Shown here: positions 1 to 8,679 of the stretch, piece by piece
Position numbering within the stretch: the stretch's first letter is position 1
Layout of the letters: each line of letters begins with the position of its first letter
Source: a virus
IMG/VR virus record: IMGVR_UViG_3300044630_005137
Coordinates: 1-64,000 of that record
Direction: 5' to 3' (one strand)
DNA length: 64,000 bases
Position numbers and translations under genes: made by a program
The notes under the pieces: generated by a model
The model's database searches: none
Seen by the model: the letters and a program-made list of their open reading frames with translations, nothing else
Told to the model about the DNA's origin: nothing

Positions 1-57
1 TAAGTGTGGGGATCCTCCTCTCTGTGGGAAACGGGAAAGGGGAGGGTCCTCGCTTCA

Positions 58-87
58 TTTACAAATGTCAGTGGTCAATGGTATAAT
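58..87 (+). promoter_or_regulatory. sigma70-type promoter
   Basis: TTTACA-18nt-TATAAT (with TGG extension) upstream of AAAGGCGG RBS and ATG at 109. Confidence 0.6.
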
Positions 88-108
88 CAAAACGAAAGGC
101 GGAACTCA

Positions 109-453
109 ATGGCTAAAGCGAACGAATTCAAAGCAGCAGAAAAACTAACAGACTATCTAAACAATGCTAACTTCTCACCTGCCGTAATGGCAAATGTATT
201 AACAACTGAACATACCTTGTATACCCAAGATAGACTAATGGAACTAGTTAAATACATTATCCAATACAATTCCCTTAGATTAAAGTCAGAATGGGATAAG
301 GGATACACATCCGAAGGATTGCTTATGGCAGATGCTCTCAACGACATCCTCGAAGCAAAATACGGGGCGGTGGATAGAAACCTAACTATTAAATCCCTTG
401 AAGAAACAAGAGTAAGAGATAGCAAATACATAATGGATCTAGATTCATTCTAA
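109..453 (+). CDS. hypothetical phage protein (start moved to MAKANEF)
   Basis: ORF 4..453; promoter and RBS support ATG 109; followed by a terminator. Confidence 0.75.
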   Translation: MAKANEFKAAEKLTDYLNNANFSPAVMANVLTTEHTLYTQDRLMELVKYIIQYNSLRLKSEWDKGYTSEGLLMADALNDILEAKYGAVDRNLTIKSLEETRVRDSKYIMDLDSF

Positions 454-466
454 TATAACTTCCCCT

Positions 467-506
467 ATGGGGCATATGGCTTTAATTAGCTATATGTCCC
501 ATTTTT
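467..506 (+). terminator. rho-independent terminator
   Basis: ATGGGGCATATGGCT/AGCTATATGTCCCAT stem (with G-U pairs) followed by a T run, just after the stop. Confidence 0.7.
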
Positions 507-518
507 GTATGCCCATCT

Positions 519-712
519 TATGGGCCAAATTTCTTCTTTACGACGCATGTAAAAATACGCTGGAATTTGTATGCATATTGAATAAAATCTGTCAAAATCT
601 GTATAGAATATCTCATTATATGAGACAAATTATACAGAATTAGACATAATTTTTTGCCATAAATATGGGCCAAAATTGCTCTTTACGAACAAATAAAAAA
701 ATTTCCTGGAAT
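519..712. repeat. imperfect ~48-bp direct repeat (519-566 and 664-712) in non-coding strand-convergence region
   Basis: TATGGGCCAAA..TCTTTACGA..AAAAAT..CTGGAAT occurs twice. Confidence 0.7.
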
Positions 713-851
713 ATCTATTGACATATATTGGCCAATATGCTAAGCCTTGGCCATATATTACGATTACGATTATGAATGCCCTTGTTCCATTACACTAGTA
801 TATTTAACTATATATAATGATAGTATTTGGATCTAAATTGATAGTATGATT

Positions 852-877
852 CTCCACTTTACTCCACAATACTCCAC
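852..877. repeat. CTCCAC x3 at 10-bp period
   Basis: tCTCCACtttaCTCCACaataCTCCACt. Confidence 0.7.
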
Positions 878-928
878 TAAATAAGCCTCTAGGAGGCTCA
901 TACAAGGGAGATAAAGGGAGGGGGGATA

Positions 929-1510
929 TTATAGGTAGCGCTTAAATTCTTTTGGCATTTGGGCAAAATCAGCCTCATCACAAAGTCTCTTTGGATTAGC
1001 TGGATCTTCGCCAATACAGCCACATGCTCCAGGTTTATCGCTATATGATGTATTAGATCTAATGTCTTTATTAAACTTTTCACCAAATGAGGAAGATGAT
1101 CTTATATCTCTTAGTTCTGATACAGATACTGGATACTGAGCTATATTCCCTTTATCAAAGATAGTTGTAAGTATAAATGTACCTAGTGATATATTGAACC
1201 AGAAGAATACCTTACCCATACTAGTACTTATCTCACCCTTAGCTTTTGGCATCCCGCCCAATTCCATCAAGTAGACTTTTTCTTCTTCGTTAAAAGACAG
1301 ATATGCTTCAACCATGTCGTCATCAACATCTATTATACCTACACCGTATAGCTCAGCAGTTCCTTCTACATCAGGCCAAGCAGACTCATTTGGGTAATTA
1401 TCGACAAATTCTTCTGCATCGCCTTTGGATAGTCCATATTCTTCCATGGCTCTCATAATCTTATCTTTATTTAGATCCTTTACTAGATCCGCAACCATGT
1501 ATTTTTTCAT
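929..1510 (-). CDS. hypothetical protein with possible C-terminal KTSC-like domain
   Basis: start moved to MKKYMV because an upstream ORF occupies 1515-1679; FDKGNIAQY..SSSFGEKFNKDIR resembles KTSC. Confidence 0.55.
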   Translation of the reverse strand: MKKYMVADLVKDLNKDKIMRAMEEYGLSKGDAEEFVDNYPNESAWPDVEGTAELYGVGIIDVDDDMVEAYLSFNEEEKVYLMELGGMPKAKGEISTSMGKVFFWFNISLGTFILTTIFDKGNIAQYPVSVSELRDIRSSSSFGEKFNKDIRSNTSYSDKPGACGCIGEDPANPKRLCDEADFAQMPKEFKRYL

Positions 1511-1514
1511 AACC

Positions 1515-1679
1515 CTATTGTACCCTGCTTTTGTTTTTAGATGGTCTTCTAGACCAAGATGAAGCCTTATTTGCATTAGTTCCTCTAGATGTAGACTCTA
1601 TTAGGGCTTTATTCTTATCTAATGCTTCTTGGGCATATTGAAGCTGTTGATCCCAATTGAACTTCCGTTTTTTTGCCAT
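1515..1679 (-). CDS. 54-aa basic hypothetical protein (MAKKRKFNWDQQLQ...)
   Basis: hand-translated; fills the gap co-directionally. Confidence 0.6.
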   Translation of the reverse strand: MAKKRKFNWDQQLQYAQEALDKNKALIESTSRGTNANKASSWSRRPSKNKSRVQ

Positions 1680-1681
1680 AC

Positions 1682-1840
1682 CTATTTGCCACCCCGCCTT
1701 TTATTGCGTATTATTCTGGCTATGACTACTATTGATATTGTGATACCAAAGAGTAACAACCATCTATCTGAATAGTCATAATTCCAGCAGTCACCGCCTG
1801 TATAGCAATTGGGATCTCTACCTATAATCTTATCTATCAT
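1682..1840 (-). CDS. 52-aa single-TM membrane protein (MIDKIIGRDPNC...)
   Basis: hand-translated; hydrophobic stretch then basic tail; TGATG overlap with upstream gene. Confidence 0.65.
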   Translation of the reverse strand: MIDKIIGRDPNCYTGGDCWNYDYSDRWLLLFGITISIVVIARIIRNKRRGGK

Positions 1841-2049
1841 CAGTATCCCCCAAGACATTCATTACGAGTATGATATAGTCTGATCTTAGTCAATATCTTC
1901 TTAGTTGGAGCGTTTAATGGCTCTTGGCATGCACCGCATGCCATATCCCATTCACCGCTAAAGAAGTCATATTTAGCTCCCTTAAAATTGGCATATTTGT
2001 GTGCCACAAAAGTAGCAAATGGATCAGGTATCTCTAAGCTCTGTAACAT
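1840..2049 (-). CDS. small Cys/His zinc-binding hypothetical protein
   Basis: CGAC...H..NEC; promoter directly upstream. Confidence 0.7.
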   Translation of the reverse strand: MLQSLEIPDPFATFVAHKYANFKGAKYDFFSGEWDMACGACQEPLNAPTKKILTKIRLYHTRNECLGGY

Positions 2050-2055
2050 ATATTT

Positions 2056-2084
2056 ATTATAGCATTTATGTCAGGTACTGACAA
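2056..2084 (-). promoter_or_regulatory. sigma70-type promoter, leaderless
   Basis: TTGTCA-17-TATAAT, ATG 6 nt downstream. Confidence 0.75.
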
Positions 2085-2140
2085 GGGGTCTCTACTTTTC
2101 GACTTCACTTTTTCGATCAAATATGATATGATTATGACAT

Positions 2141-2680
2141 ATGATTACTACAAGTATATTGGAAACTATTGAGAATTGCAAAAAAGAGTCTAAAATTGCT
2201 GTTCTTAAGGACTTCTGCACCAACACTCCATCATGGCAAGAGTTTATAGATTACATAGATAAAACCTCTAATGCAGAAAACCCTATAATGGGTCAGCCAA
2301 ACGAAAGAGATAAGAAGTTTGGCGCTGTAACAATTAATAACCTTATGATTAAAGAAAACTTTTATTTTTACATGTCAGGCAGTGGTCTTTTAGGGGAATC
2401 TAGCGAAAAGATAGAAAAATATTTTACTGATGTATTTAATGTTCCAGGTGGAATAAGCACTGTTTATGTCACTTTATCTAGTAATTTAAACCCTGTAGAA
2501 TCTCATTGTGACACCCAAGAAGTTTTATACTGGCAATGTATAGGATCAACCACATGGAATTCTCAAGGTGAGACATATACAGTAAATCCAGGAGACATGG
2601 TGTATGTACCGTGTGGTGTATATCACGCAGTAAATTTTCCTATGCCTAGAGCTGCTATAGGGTTTAGCTGGAAATTATGA
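2141..2680 (+). CDS. JmjC/cupin-fold Fe(II)/2OG oxygenase
   Basis: SHCD (HxD), LYWQCIG, PGDMVYVPCGVYHAV. Confidence 0.75.
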   Translation: MITTSILETIENCKKESKIAVLKDFCTNTPSWQEFIDYIDKTSNAENPIMGQPNERDKKFGAVTINNLMIKENFYFYMSGSGLLGESSEKIEKYFTDVFNVPGGISTVYVTLSSNLNPVESHCDTQEVLYWQCIGSTTWNSQGETYTVNPGDMVYVPCGVYHAVNFPMPRAAIGFSWKL

Positions 2681-2842
2681 AGATAATCCTTTAAATGAAT
2701 GACATGCACATACGCCTACTACCTTATATGTTTGATCTACTTCAGCTAAATCATTGTATGTAGCTACAGCTTGGCAGTAATGACATCTGTCTGTCTTCTC
2801 CGCCTTTTCTAGATATGCTTCAAGGTTATCTAGTATACCCAT
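2675..2842 (-). CDS. 55-aa Cys/His micro-protein (MGILDNLEAY...CHYC...CACH)
   Basis: hand-translated. Confidence 0.65.
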   Translation of the reverse strand: MGILDNLEAYLEKAEKTDRCHYCQAVATYNDLAEVDQTYKVVGVCACHSFKGLSS

Positions 2843-2843
2843 A

Positions 2844-3065
2844 TTACTTGTTCCTTGGTATGAGGTTCTGAGGGCCTTCTGTGCCGAATAGAGACTTCTT
2901 TACAGGTACGCAGTTAGGGACTCTTCTTCCGCCCTTGTCCTTCATACCCACCTGCTTGTATCCGCTCCAGCAAGCCTTCTCAATGTTGTCCCACTTATCT
3001 TCATCTGGGTTCTCTGATTGATACCCTTTTGAGATCTCTTCATCTGTTAATTCAATATTATCCAT
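2844..3065 (-). CDS. hypothetical protein with CWxGY...GxxVPNCVP motif
   Basis: ACWSGYKQVGMKDKGGRRVPNCVP, a motif I recall from aquatic phage proteins. Confidence 0.7.
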   Translation of the reverse strand: MDNIELTDEEISKGYQSENPDEDKWDNIEKACWSGYKQVGMKDKGGRRVPNCVPVKKSLFGTEGPQNLIPRNK

Positions 3066-3067
3066 AT

Positions 3068-3316
3068 CTATAGTTTACCATATCTATCATTATCTGCAAG
3101 TATCTCCATAAGCAATCCTTGGGGTACATCGTGGCCTGCTTTAATATGCTCTCTCACATGGGTAATCAAATGCCCATCATCGTGGATCTCTTCTGACATT
3201 GAGAATAAGGAATACTCATCTGAACTTTCATTTAGCCAACATGCAGCACACTCTATCCATCCGCCTACATGAGCGTATATATAAATGTCGCTGTCTGTAA
3301 ATCTAGAGTATGCCAT
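3068..3316 (-). CDS. hypothetical protein (CxxC, HxxxH..GH; probable Zn binding)
   Basis: ORF track; GGGGAA RBS. Confidence 0.7.
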   Translation of the reverse strand: MAYSRFTDSDIYIYAHVGGWIECAACWLNESSDEYSLFSMSEEIHDDGHLITHVREHIKAGHDVPQGLLMEILADNDRYGKL

Positions 3317-3328
3317 CGGTTCCCCCTA

Positions 3329-3574
3329 TTAATGTATCTTGTTTATTCCCTTTTTAGACCAGTGTAAATAAGATTTAACACCTACTATCCCATAAAGGAT
3401 AGCGCCAAGAATAAAACCGTACTGCTTTGTTATCAAAGCATATGCAGTCCACATAAATTCATTAAATATGAACCAGAGCCAACCAAATCTTTTCTTCCTG
3501 CCAATTACAAACATAGCTGCTGCACCGCTTAAAACAAGCACGTATGAGGCGTAGCTATTTACCCACTGTTCCAT
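3329..3574 (-). CDS. small membrane protein, PnuC/NMN-transporter-like half module
   Basis: 3 TM helices; GWLWFIFNEFMW..YALITKQYG. Confidence 0.55.
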   Translation of the reverse strand: MEQWVNSYASYVLVLSGAAAMFVIGRKKRFGWLWFIFNEFMWTAYALITKQYGFILGAILYGIVGVKSYLHWSKKGINKIH

Positions 3575-3593
3575 ATTTAATATACCCTTATCG

Positions 3594-3785
3594 TTAGATA
3601 TCTATTATACCATCAGTTGTGTCAACGTAGTTGACTGGAAGCTCTATATTTTCGGCGGGCTCACTAATTGGGATCTTATTTTCATGATATTGTAAATGAA
3701 AATCTAATAATTGATGTGTAGTTGCACAAAAACATATTGGGCAATGTGTGATCCATTGAGATTTATCTTCCCAATGTTTAGGCAT
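3594..3785 (-). CDS. small C2H2-like zinc-finger protein
   Basis: CPIC...HLQYH. Confidence 0.6.
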   Translation of the reverse strand: MPKHWEDKSQWITHCPICFCATTHQLLDFHLQYHENKIPISEPAENIELPVNYVDTTDGIIDI

Positions 3786-3823
3786 TAAGCTCCAGGTGAG
3801 GGAGTCGGGCCATCTGTTCCACC

Positions 3824-4489
3824 TTAGTCCTTATCCATTTCTTTGTATAGTTGCTTTAAACCATTAAGGGTCCCCACATCCATATATTTACCACCAGCAC
3901 TTACGGACCTAATATTCAAATTCATATCAATCCACTCTTGTATTTGCTTCCCTGGGTGTTCCAACTCTGGGTCTATATATCGTACCAGGTTTTTTCTAAA
4001 CAACATTGTGCCCCACATATGCTTATAGTCACAGTCAGCAGACTTATCCTTTGATCCAATAACTTTATTGCCAGAAATTAGTACTTGTCCTACCTTGCCT
4101 TTTATATCATCAGTGCATTCCCACGTTCCTAAAATAAGATCTCCATCAACCGCAAGCATTTCTTTATAAATATTTTTGTGTGTTTTATGTATGTAAGTGT
4201 CTGGCATACCAACAAGAACAGTATCGTTACAATCTCCTACCATAAATTTTATAGCATCAGACATTGTTGATGGCTCAAGAACAATAATCTTGACATTCAT
4301 GTCCATATTTTGTACTATTGGAACCCACTCAGGCCTTGTTGCAACTCTTACTTCATCACAAACCTCGAGCATCTGTTCAACATGCCACTGCAACAAAGAC
4401 CTTTCATCAGATATTGGCAAACAAAATTTAGGTATCCCACCAATTCTTGAGGATCTTCCAGAAGCTGGTAAAACTCCTATTATAGCCAT
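3824..4489 (-). CDS. sugar-1-phosphate nucleotidyltransferase (RmlA-like NTP_transferase)
   Basis: LPASGRSSR..PKFCLP, GMPD, YMDVGT motifs. Confidence 0.8.
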   Translation of the reverse strand: MAIIGVLPASGRSSRIGGIPKFCLPISDERSLLQWHVEQMLEVCDEVRVATRPEWVPIVQNMDMNVKIIVLEPSTMSDAIKFMVGDCNDTVLVGMPDTYIHKTHKNIYKEMLAVDGDLILGTWECTDDIKGKVGQVLISGNKVIGSKDKSADCDYKHMWGTMLFRKNLVRYIDPELEHPGKQIQEWIDMNLNIRSVSAGGKYMDVGTLNGLKQLYKEMDKD

Positions 4490-5145
4490 TCTTGATTCCT
4501 TCTTACATCTATGTCCCAGGTTCCCATTATTTTAAATTCTTGAGATTTTTTTAATTCTAAGTACTCTTTATTTTTAACATATGTCTCTTTAGATTTTTGG
4601 AAAAGAAGTTCATCACTTAAAACTGTTTGTGATGCTCCATGTGGAACAGAAACATCTACTGCTCTATTAAGAAAATGTAGTTGTGGCAACTTTTTTTTAC
4701 TATTATGTATAAATAATCTTTCACGATAATCGTCATCTTCGTATACATATGGATAAAAGTATTCGTCAAATAGTCCTATATGTCTAACAACATCTTCACC
4801 AACAGAAAAACAACTAAACCCCTCACTGCTGCAAATTATTTTTGACTCACCACTCATCTCATGCATTTGTTGTAGAGACTCTGGCATCCAGTGGGTATCT
4901 GCAGAAGAAAACATCCAATATTTTTCATGAGGATAAAGTTTAATTGTAAGGTTCCAAGATCCCGACATTCCGAGGTTGGATGGAAGATTAAGAACCCTTA
5001 TGTTTAAATCTTTTCTTTTAGGTTCATATATTTCTTTACCATTGTTAATAATTAATATTTCTTTGATAGGGTAGTTTATCAATCTTAAATTTTCATCTAA
5101 CAGATCATATCTGTTTAAAACTGGTATTGATAGGATTGGTATCAT
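4480..5145 (-). CDS. GT2-like glycosyltransferase
   Basis: IPVLNRYDLL, IINNG, NLGMSGSWN, IGLFDEYFYP.YEDDDY; start moved to MIPILS. Confidence 0.8.
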   Translation of the reverse strand: MIPILSIPVLNRYDLLDENLRLINYPIKEILIINNGKEIYEPKRKDLNIRVLNLPSNLGMSGSWNLTIKLYPHEKYWMFSSADTHWMPESLQQMHEMSGESKIICSSEGFSCFSVGEDVVRHIGLFDEYFYPYVYEDDDYRERLFIHNSKKKLPQLHFLNRAVDVSVPHGASQTVLSDELLFQKSKETYVKNKEYLELKKSQEFKIMGTWDIDVRRNQEWL

Positions 5146-5405
5146 AGGGCTTCTTTTAGCCAATTGTCTTCCCATAATCCAACCAGGGATTTGTTACCAA
5201 TGTCATTAAAATAGTAACGATTTAGTTCACTATCATATTCCCAACCGTACCAAGTGTCGCCTTCCATCCAGCTGCATGAGGCTATATCTGTTAAGTCTGA
5301 ATTAGTAAATACATCAGACAAATGATCATACATATGCACTTCTTCAAATATAGCTTTTCTAAGTGGTGCCCACCAAAACAATTTATGAACTAACCAATCA
5401 ATCAT
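5142..5405 (-). CDS. hypothetical protein (start MIDWLVH)
   Basis: ORF track; start corrected for upstream micro-ORF. Confidence 0.65.
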   Translation of the reverse strand: MIDWLVHKLFWWAPLRKAIFEEVHMYDHLSDVFTNSDLTDIASCSWMEGDTWYGWEYDSELNRYYFNDIGNKSLVGLWEDNWLKEAL

Positions 5406-5505
5406 TATTTTCTGGATCCTTTTCCCATGTAAGTTTTCCATCTTTGTAGACTGGCCAATATCCTAATGAACGCCAGTCCATCTTCATTATTTTAGGCTCT
5501 TTCAT
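5398..5505 (-). CDS. 35-aa hypothetical protein (MKEPKIMKMDWRSLGYWP...)
   Basis: hand-translated; ATGA overlap with upstream gene. Confidence 0.6.
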   Translation of the reverse strand: MKEPKIMKMDWRSLGYWPVYKDGKLTWEKDPENND

Positions 5506-5633
5506 ACCGCCACCTGGATTGGAATCATTGCAGTGCATCTTTCACAATATTGATATGTTGAGCCAGTATATGGACATGTGCCTGCATCTACAAGGGTGTG
5601 TCCTTTAATCATGCATATAATCTTATTTATCAT
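5502..5633 (-). CDS. 43-aa Cys/His micro-protein (DUF1660-like C..KGH..CERC)
   Basis: hand-translated; promoter TTGACA-17-TATAAT at 5642-5670. Confidence 0.65.
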   Translation of the reverse strand: MINKIICMIKGHTLVDAGTCPYTGSTYQYCERCTAMIPIQVAV

Positions 5634-5666
5634 TATAGTTTATTATATAATATATTACAGTTGCTG

Positions 5667-5849
5667 TCAATAGCTTTTATTTTTGTCGGTTTTTATAACT
5701 GGATCTAATCTATCCCAGTGTCCATTTTTGCTTCCTTGATAGACTTGACCAGTTTCTCTATCAACCAATAGCCATTTTTCTGGAGATTTTGTTTTAACCT
5801 GCAGTATAACTGAGTCAGATAATGATTTAAAAACAAACCCTTTTCTCAA
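5667..5849 (-). CDS. hypothetical protein
   Basis: ORF track; TKSPEKWLLVDRETGQVY. Confidence 0.65.
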   Translation of the reverse strand: MRKGFVFKSLSDSVILQVKTKSPEKWLLVDRETGQVYQGSKNGHWDRLDPVIKTDKNKSY

Positions 5850-5851
5850 CT

Positions 5852-6148
5852 TTACCCCTTAATTGCTAGTACGCTTTTTGTATTCAAAAGCAAATACTTT
5901 TCTCCGTCTTCATCTTCAATATCTGTTCCGCTATTTTGGTTGTAATACACGCTATCACCAATATCTAATCCATTAATTGGTATAAGCTCACCTTTATAGT
6001 TGTGCTCACCATTTCCAAGATCAACTATCTTACCAGTTCTAAGATTAGACTCACTTAGTGAGGCCATAAGCACTATACCAGATGATGTGGTCCTATCTTC
6101 AATTTTATCTTCTTTTACTAACAGAAGGTTACCGAAGGGCTTGATCAT
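5852..6148 (-). CDS. groES: co-chaperonin GroES (Cpn10)
   Basis: IKPFGNLLLVK, mobile loop TTSSGIVL, G..V..G.G, YLLL....VLA. Confidence 0.9.
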   Translation of the reverse strand: MIKPFGNLLLVKEDKIEDRTTSSGIVLMASLSESNLRTGKIVDLGNGEHNYKGELIPINGLDIGDSVYYNQNSGTDIEDEDGEKYLLLNTKSVLAIKG

Positions 6149-6150
6149 TT

Positions 6151-6312
6151 TTACTCCTCAAAAGACTGTTGGCTTGCCCAAAAACGATCCTGTACCGATT
6201 TTTCTTGTATTTTTTTTGCTTCCATAATTGTTGAAATTTCTTGATAAAGTCTATATGAAAGATAGCCGCATACAACTAGAGATAATATAAAAATAATAAT
6301 AAGTGTTTTCAT
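6151..6312 (-). CDS. 53-aa N-terminally anchored membrane protein (MKTLIIIFILSL...)
   Basis: hand-translated; promoter 6 nt upstream. Confidence 0.65.
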   Translation of the reverse strand: MKTLIIIFILSLVVCGYLSYRLYQEISTIMEAKKIQEKSVQDRFWASQQSFEE

Positions 6313-6318
6313 ATATTA

Positions 6319-6347
6319 ATTATACTACAATTAATACGGATAGTCAA
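6319..6347 (-). promoter_or_regulatory. sigma70-type promoter, leaderless
   Basis: TTGACT-17-TATAAT, ATG 6 nt downstream. Confidence 0.7.
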
Positions 6348-6350
6348 TAG

Positions 6351-7115
6351 TTAGCAGGTTTCTCCGCTAGAAATAGCTCTATCATTTAAATCTTGAAAAC
6401 ATGTACCATAAAGAGTATGTCTTTCTCCATTTTTTACTGGAGTTACACGGTGAGTAAATTCTTTTGTCATTGGTATTGATATTAACATCCCAGGCTGTGG
6501 CTTAATAACATATGCCTTGTAAGCAAATTCAAGCTGGCCATCTTCAAAATCATCATTCAGATAAATAGACCAAGCTGCAGTCATTCCAAAATCATTAAAG
6601 TCTGGATCACCAAGCTCTGCGGCCATGCTCTTTTCCCAATGCCACTGATATGCACCGCTATGATCAGAATCATCTAGAGGCCAAAAAGATTGTAGAGTTG
6701 TATCTTCGTTTAATCTATTTGGAAGCACAACTTTCATTCTATCAAATACTCCTTCAGATTTATAGAATAGCTCTGGGTGGTATCTTGAATCAGTTTCTTC
6801 TGGAAATATTGCACTATTACTTAGATCTATTCCGCGTGTTGGGCATATTGTGCCTTCTGGATGTATTCTGTAATTAACGCCAATAAATTTATTTCTAATA
6901 GAACTAGATCTAGAAGTTAAGTACCAGCCAGTTTTCTCATCACAGAATGGCTTAAGATACTCTAACTCTTCTTTTTCTAAAAAGTTAGGTATATACCATA
7001 GTTCCTTATCAATTATAACTTTTCGGTCTTCTAATGTTTGTTTATTTTTTAAAAAATAATCAATAAACTTAATATCTCTTTCAGATCCAGAGTTGCTTAT
7101 CTCATCAAATTCCAT
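6351..7115 (-). CDS. 2OG-Fe(II) oxygenase, prolyl-4-hydroxylase-like (HxE variant)
   Basis: NFLEKEE, HWE, IYLNDDFEDGQLEF, HRVTPVKNGER. Confidence 0.85.
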   Translation of the reverse strand: MEFDEISNSGSERDIKFIDYFLKNKQTLEDRKVIIDKELWYIPNFLEKEELEYLKPFCDEKTGWYLTSRSSSIRNKFIGVNYRIHPEGTICPTRGIDLSNSAIFPEETDSRYHPELFYKSEGVFDRMKVVLPNRLNEDTTLQSFWPLDDSDHSGAYQWHWEKSMAAELGDPDFNDFGMTAAWSIYLNDDFEDGQLEFAYKAYVIKPQPGMLISIPMTKEFTHRVTPVKNGERHTLYGTCFQDLNDRAISSGETC

Positions 7116-7417
7116 TATTCTTTTTCCTCCAATGGTATATCTTTTATATTTTCATTAAAATACTCATCTGATAACTCATAAAACCACTTTGTAAGCTGAT
7201 CCAATGTTATCTTTCTTGTTTCTATCTTATCTAAATGGGTGTTGTTAAGATTAACTAAATAGGTTCCGTCATCTTCTTTATTATAAGAAACCATACCAGT
7301 TTCAGTCATAAAAGAATAATCATATGCATCGCCGTTTTTATCGATCCCCTCGGAATTATCTGGAGATCCAAAGATAAAGGTACCGTGGTGCTTGACAGCC
7401 TTTTCTAAATCAAACAT
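7115..7417 (-). CDS. acidic hypothetical protein between the two oxygenases
   Basis: overlaps both neighbours (translational coupling). Confidence 0.7.
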   Translation of the reverse strand: MFDLEKAVKHHGTFIFGSPDNSEGIDKNGDAYDYSFMTETGMVSYNKEDDGTYLVNLNNTHLDKIETRKITLDQLTKWFYELSDEYFNENIKDIPLEEKE

Positions 7418-8300
7418 CTTCCTCTGTAATTATCTGGTCAACAACTACTCCAGCTGGAACATTACCAGCTTTAATTGCTGCCTCTTGATTTCTTCTAGCA
7501 TTACACTTAATGTCTGCAGAAGTCAAGCTTTCCATTAGTCCTTCTGGTAATTCTTCTGGGTTGTCTACTCCAGCATATGGATTTTCTAGCAAAGGATGTG
7601 CTACTTTGTCTTTCCACTGCTGCTTTAATTGATACTGATGAATTCTTTCCTTAAAAATTAATCTTTCCCACTCTTGCAGCTGTGCTTCAGAGTACCATGC
7701 ATCTGCATAATCCCAGAATATCACTATGGTATATCTAGTTCCTGCAGTAATCTCGGTAACGCTATGAATATTCTCTACGCCTCCAGGAAATGACACAAAA
7801 GATCCAGTAGGTGGAACAACATCTAGATTATGATCTCTAAACTTTAAAACTCCACCATCATAATCTGGCTGGCTGTTTAAGTATATTCCAGAGTATTGCT
7901 TGTTATCAGCCCAACCCATGTCTTCGCCATCAAGGTCTGTGTTATCTGAGTGATCGTTTGCGTAAGCACCAATCTCCCACTTCTGTGCATGCATACTGTT
8001 AATCTTCATAGGCCTTCCAGCAGCATCAGAACAATACTGAATCATTCTTTGTCTTAGGGTTGCCATGTATTCTTCAGTTATTGAAGTACCATGATCTTTG
8101 GTAAATGGAGAAACGACATGCATACCGTAAGATCCGTAGAAGCAAATAAATCTCCACTCTTCCTCATTTGCGTTAAAGAATTTAATTAATTCTTCACACT
8201 CTTCTTTAGAAAGAAAGTTTTCGTACTGCCAAATCCCAGTTCCCCCTCCTCCTAGGAGTTTTCCTCCGAGTTGACTTGTGGTCTGTGATAATGCTTCCAT
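7410..8300 (-). CDS. 2OG-Fe(II) oxygenase, prolyl-4-hydroxylase-like
   Basis: ENFLSKEEC, HSD (HxD), IYLN..DYDGGVLKF, HSVTEITAGTRYT. Confidence 0.9.
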   Translation of the reverse strand: MEALSQTTSQLGGKLLGGGGTGIWQYENFLSKEECEELIKFFNANEEEWRFICFYGSYGMHVVSPFTKDHGTSITEEYMATLRQRMIQYCSDAAGRPMKINSMHAQKWEIGAYANDHSDNTDLDGEDMGWADNKQYSGIYLNSQPDYDGGVLKFRDHNLDVVPPTGSFVSFPGGVENIHSVTEITAGTRYTIVIFWDYADAWYSEAQLQEWERLIFKERIHQYQLKQQWKDKVAHPLLENPYAGVDNPEELPEGLMESLTSADIKCNARRNQEAAIKAGNVPAGVVVDQIITEEDV

Positions 8301-8302
8301 AA

Positions 8303-8479
8303 TTAAACCTTCTTTCTACCAAATTTTTTAGGTGGAACTGCTGGTGTTTCTCTTCTAATTCCATGCTTATTGACATCAATTTTCATTGGTGGTCTTTTTT
8401 CTTGTATACCAGATTTAAATTTACCCTGAGAAGGATTCTTTTTTGTTGCCTCTCCAGAGTTTACAACATTTTCTGACAC
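8303..8479 (-). CDS. 58-aa Lys/Pro-rich peptide (MSENVVNSGEATKK...PAVPPKKFGRKKV)
   Basis: hand-translated; GTG start overlaps upstream TAG; AAGGGAG RBS. Confidence 0.7.
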   Translation of the reverse strand: MSENVVNSGEATKKNPSQGKFKSGIQEKRPPMKIDVNKHGIRRETPAVPPKKFGRKKV

Positions 8480-8586
8480 TATGCTCCCTTAATTTGTGAG
8501 ATGGTCACAACATTGTTACTAGCTGGTGATGGAGCTGATTCATTTTGAATCTGCTCATCTTTTCCACATGAACAATCTTTACACAT
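8479..8586 (-). CDS. 35-aa peptide MCKDCSCGKDEQIQNESAPSPASNNVVTISQIKGA
   Basis: hand-translated; TAATG overlap; GAGGA RBS. Confidence 0.7.
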   Translation of the reverse strand: MCKDCSCGKDEQIQNESAPSPASNNVVTISQIKGA

Positions 8587-8678
8587 TATTGATTCCTCTG
8601 ATCTGATACATCCTGGATACTAACTTCTTTAACTCCAGTCTCGCTGCCTACGCTTTCGCAACCGCATTCAAAGCACAT
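8586..8678 (-). CDS. 30-aa peptide MCFECGCESVGSETGVKEVSIQDVSDQRNQ
   Basis: hand-translated; starts 1 nt after upstream stop. Confidence 0.7.
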   Translation of the reverse strand: MCFECGCESVGSETGVKEVSIQDVSDQRNQ

Positions 8679-8679
8679 A

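Noticed and set aside
8-51. G-U-rich hairpin at the window start
   Set aside because: Probably the terminator of an upstream gene outside the window; context missing
3789-3807. tRNA-like 3' fragment (CGACTCCCTCACCTGGAGC on the minus strand)
   Set aside because: Resembles a T-arm/acceptor end, but no 5' half or anticodon arm can be built; at most a relic
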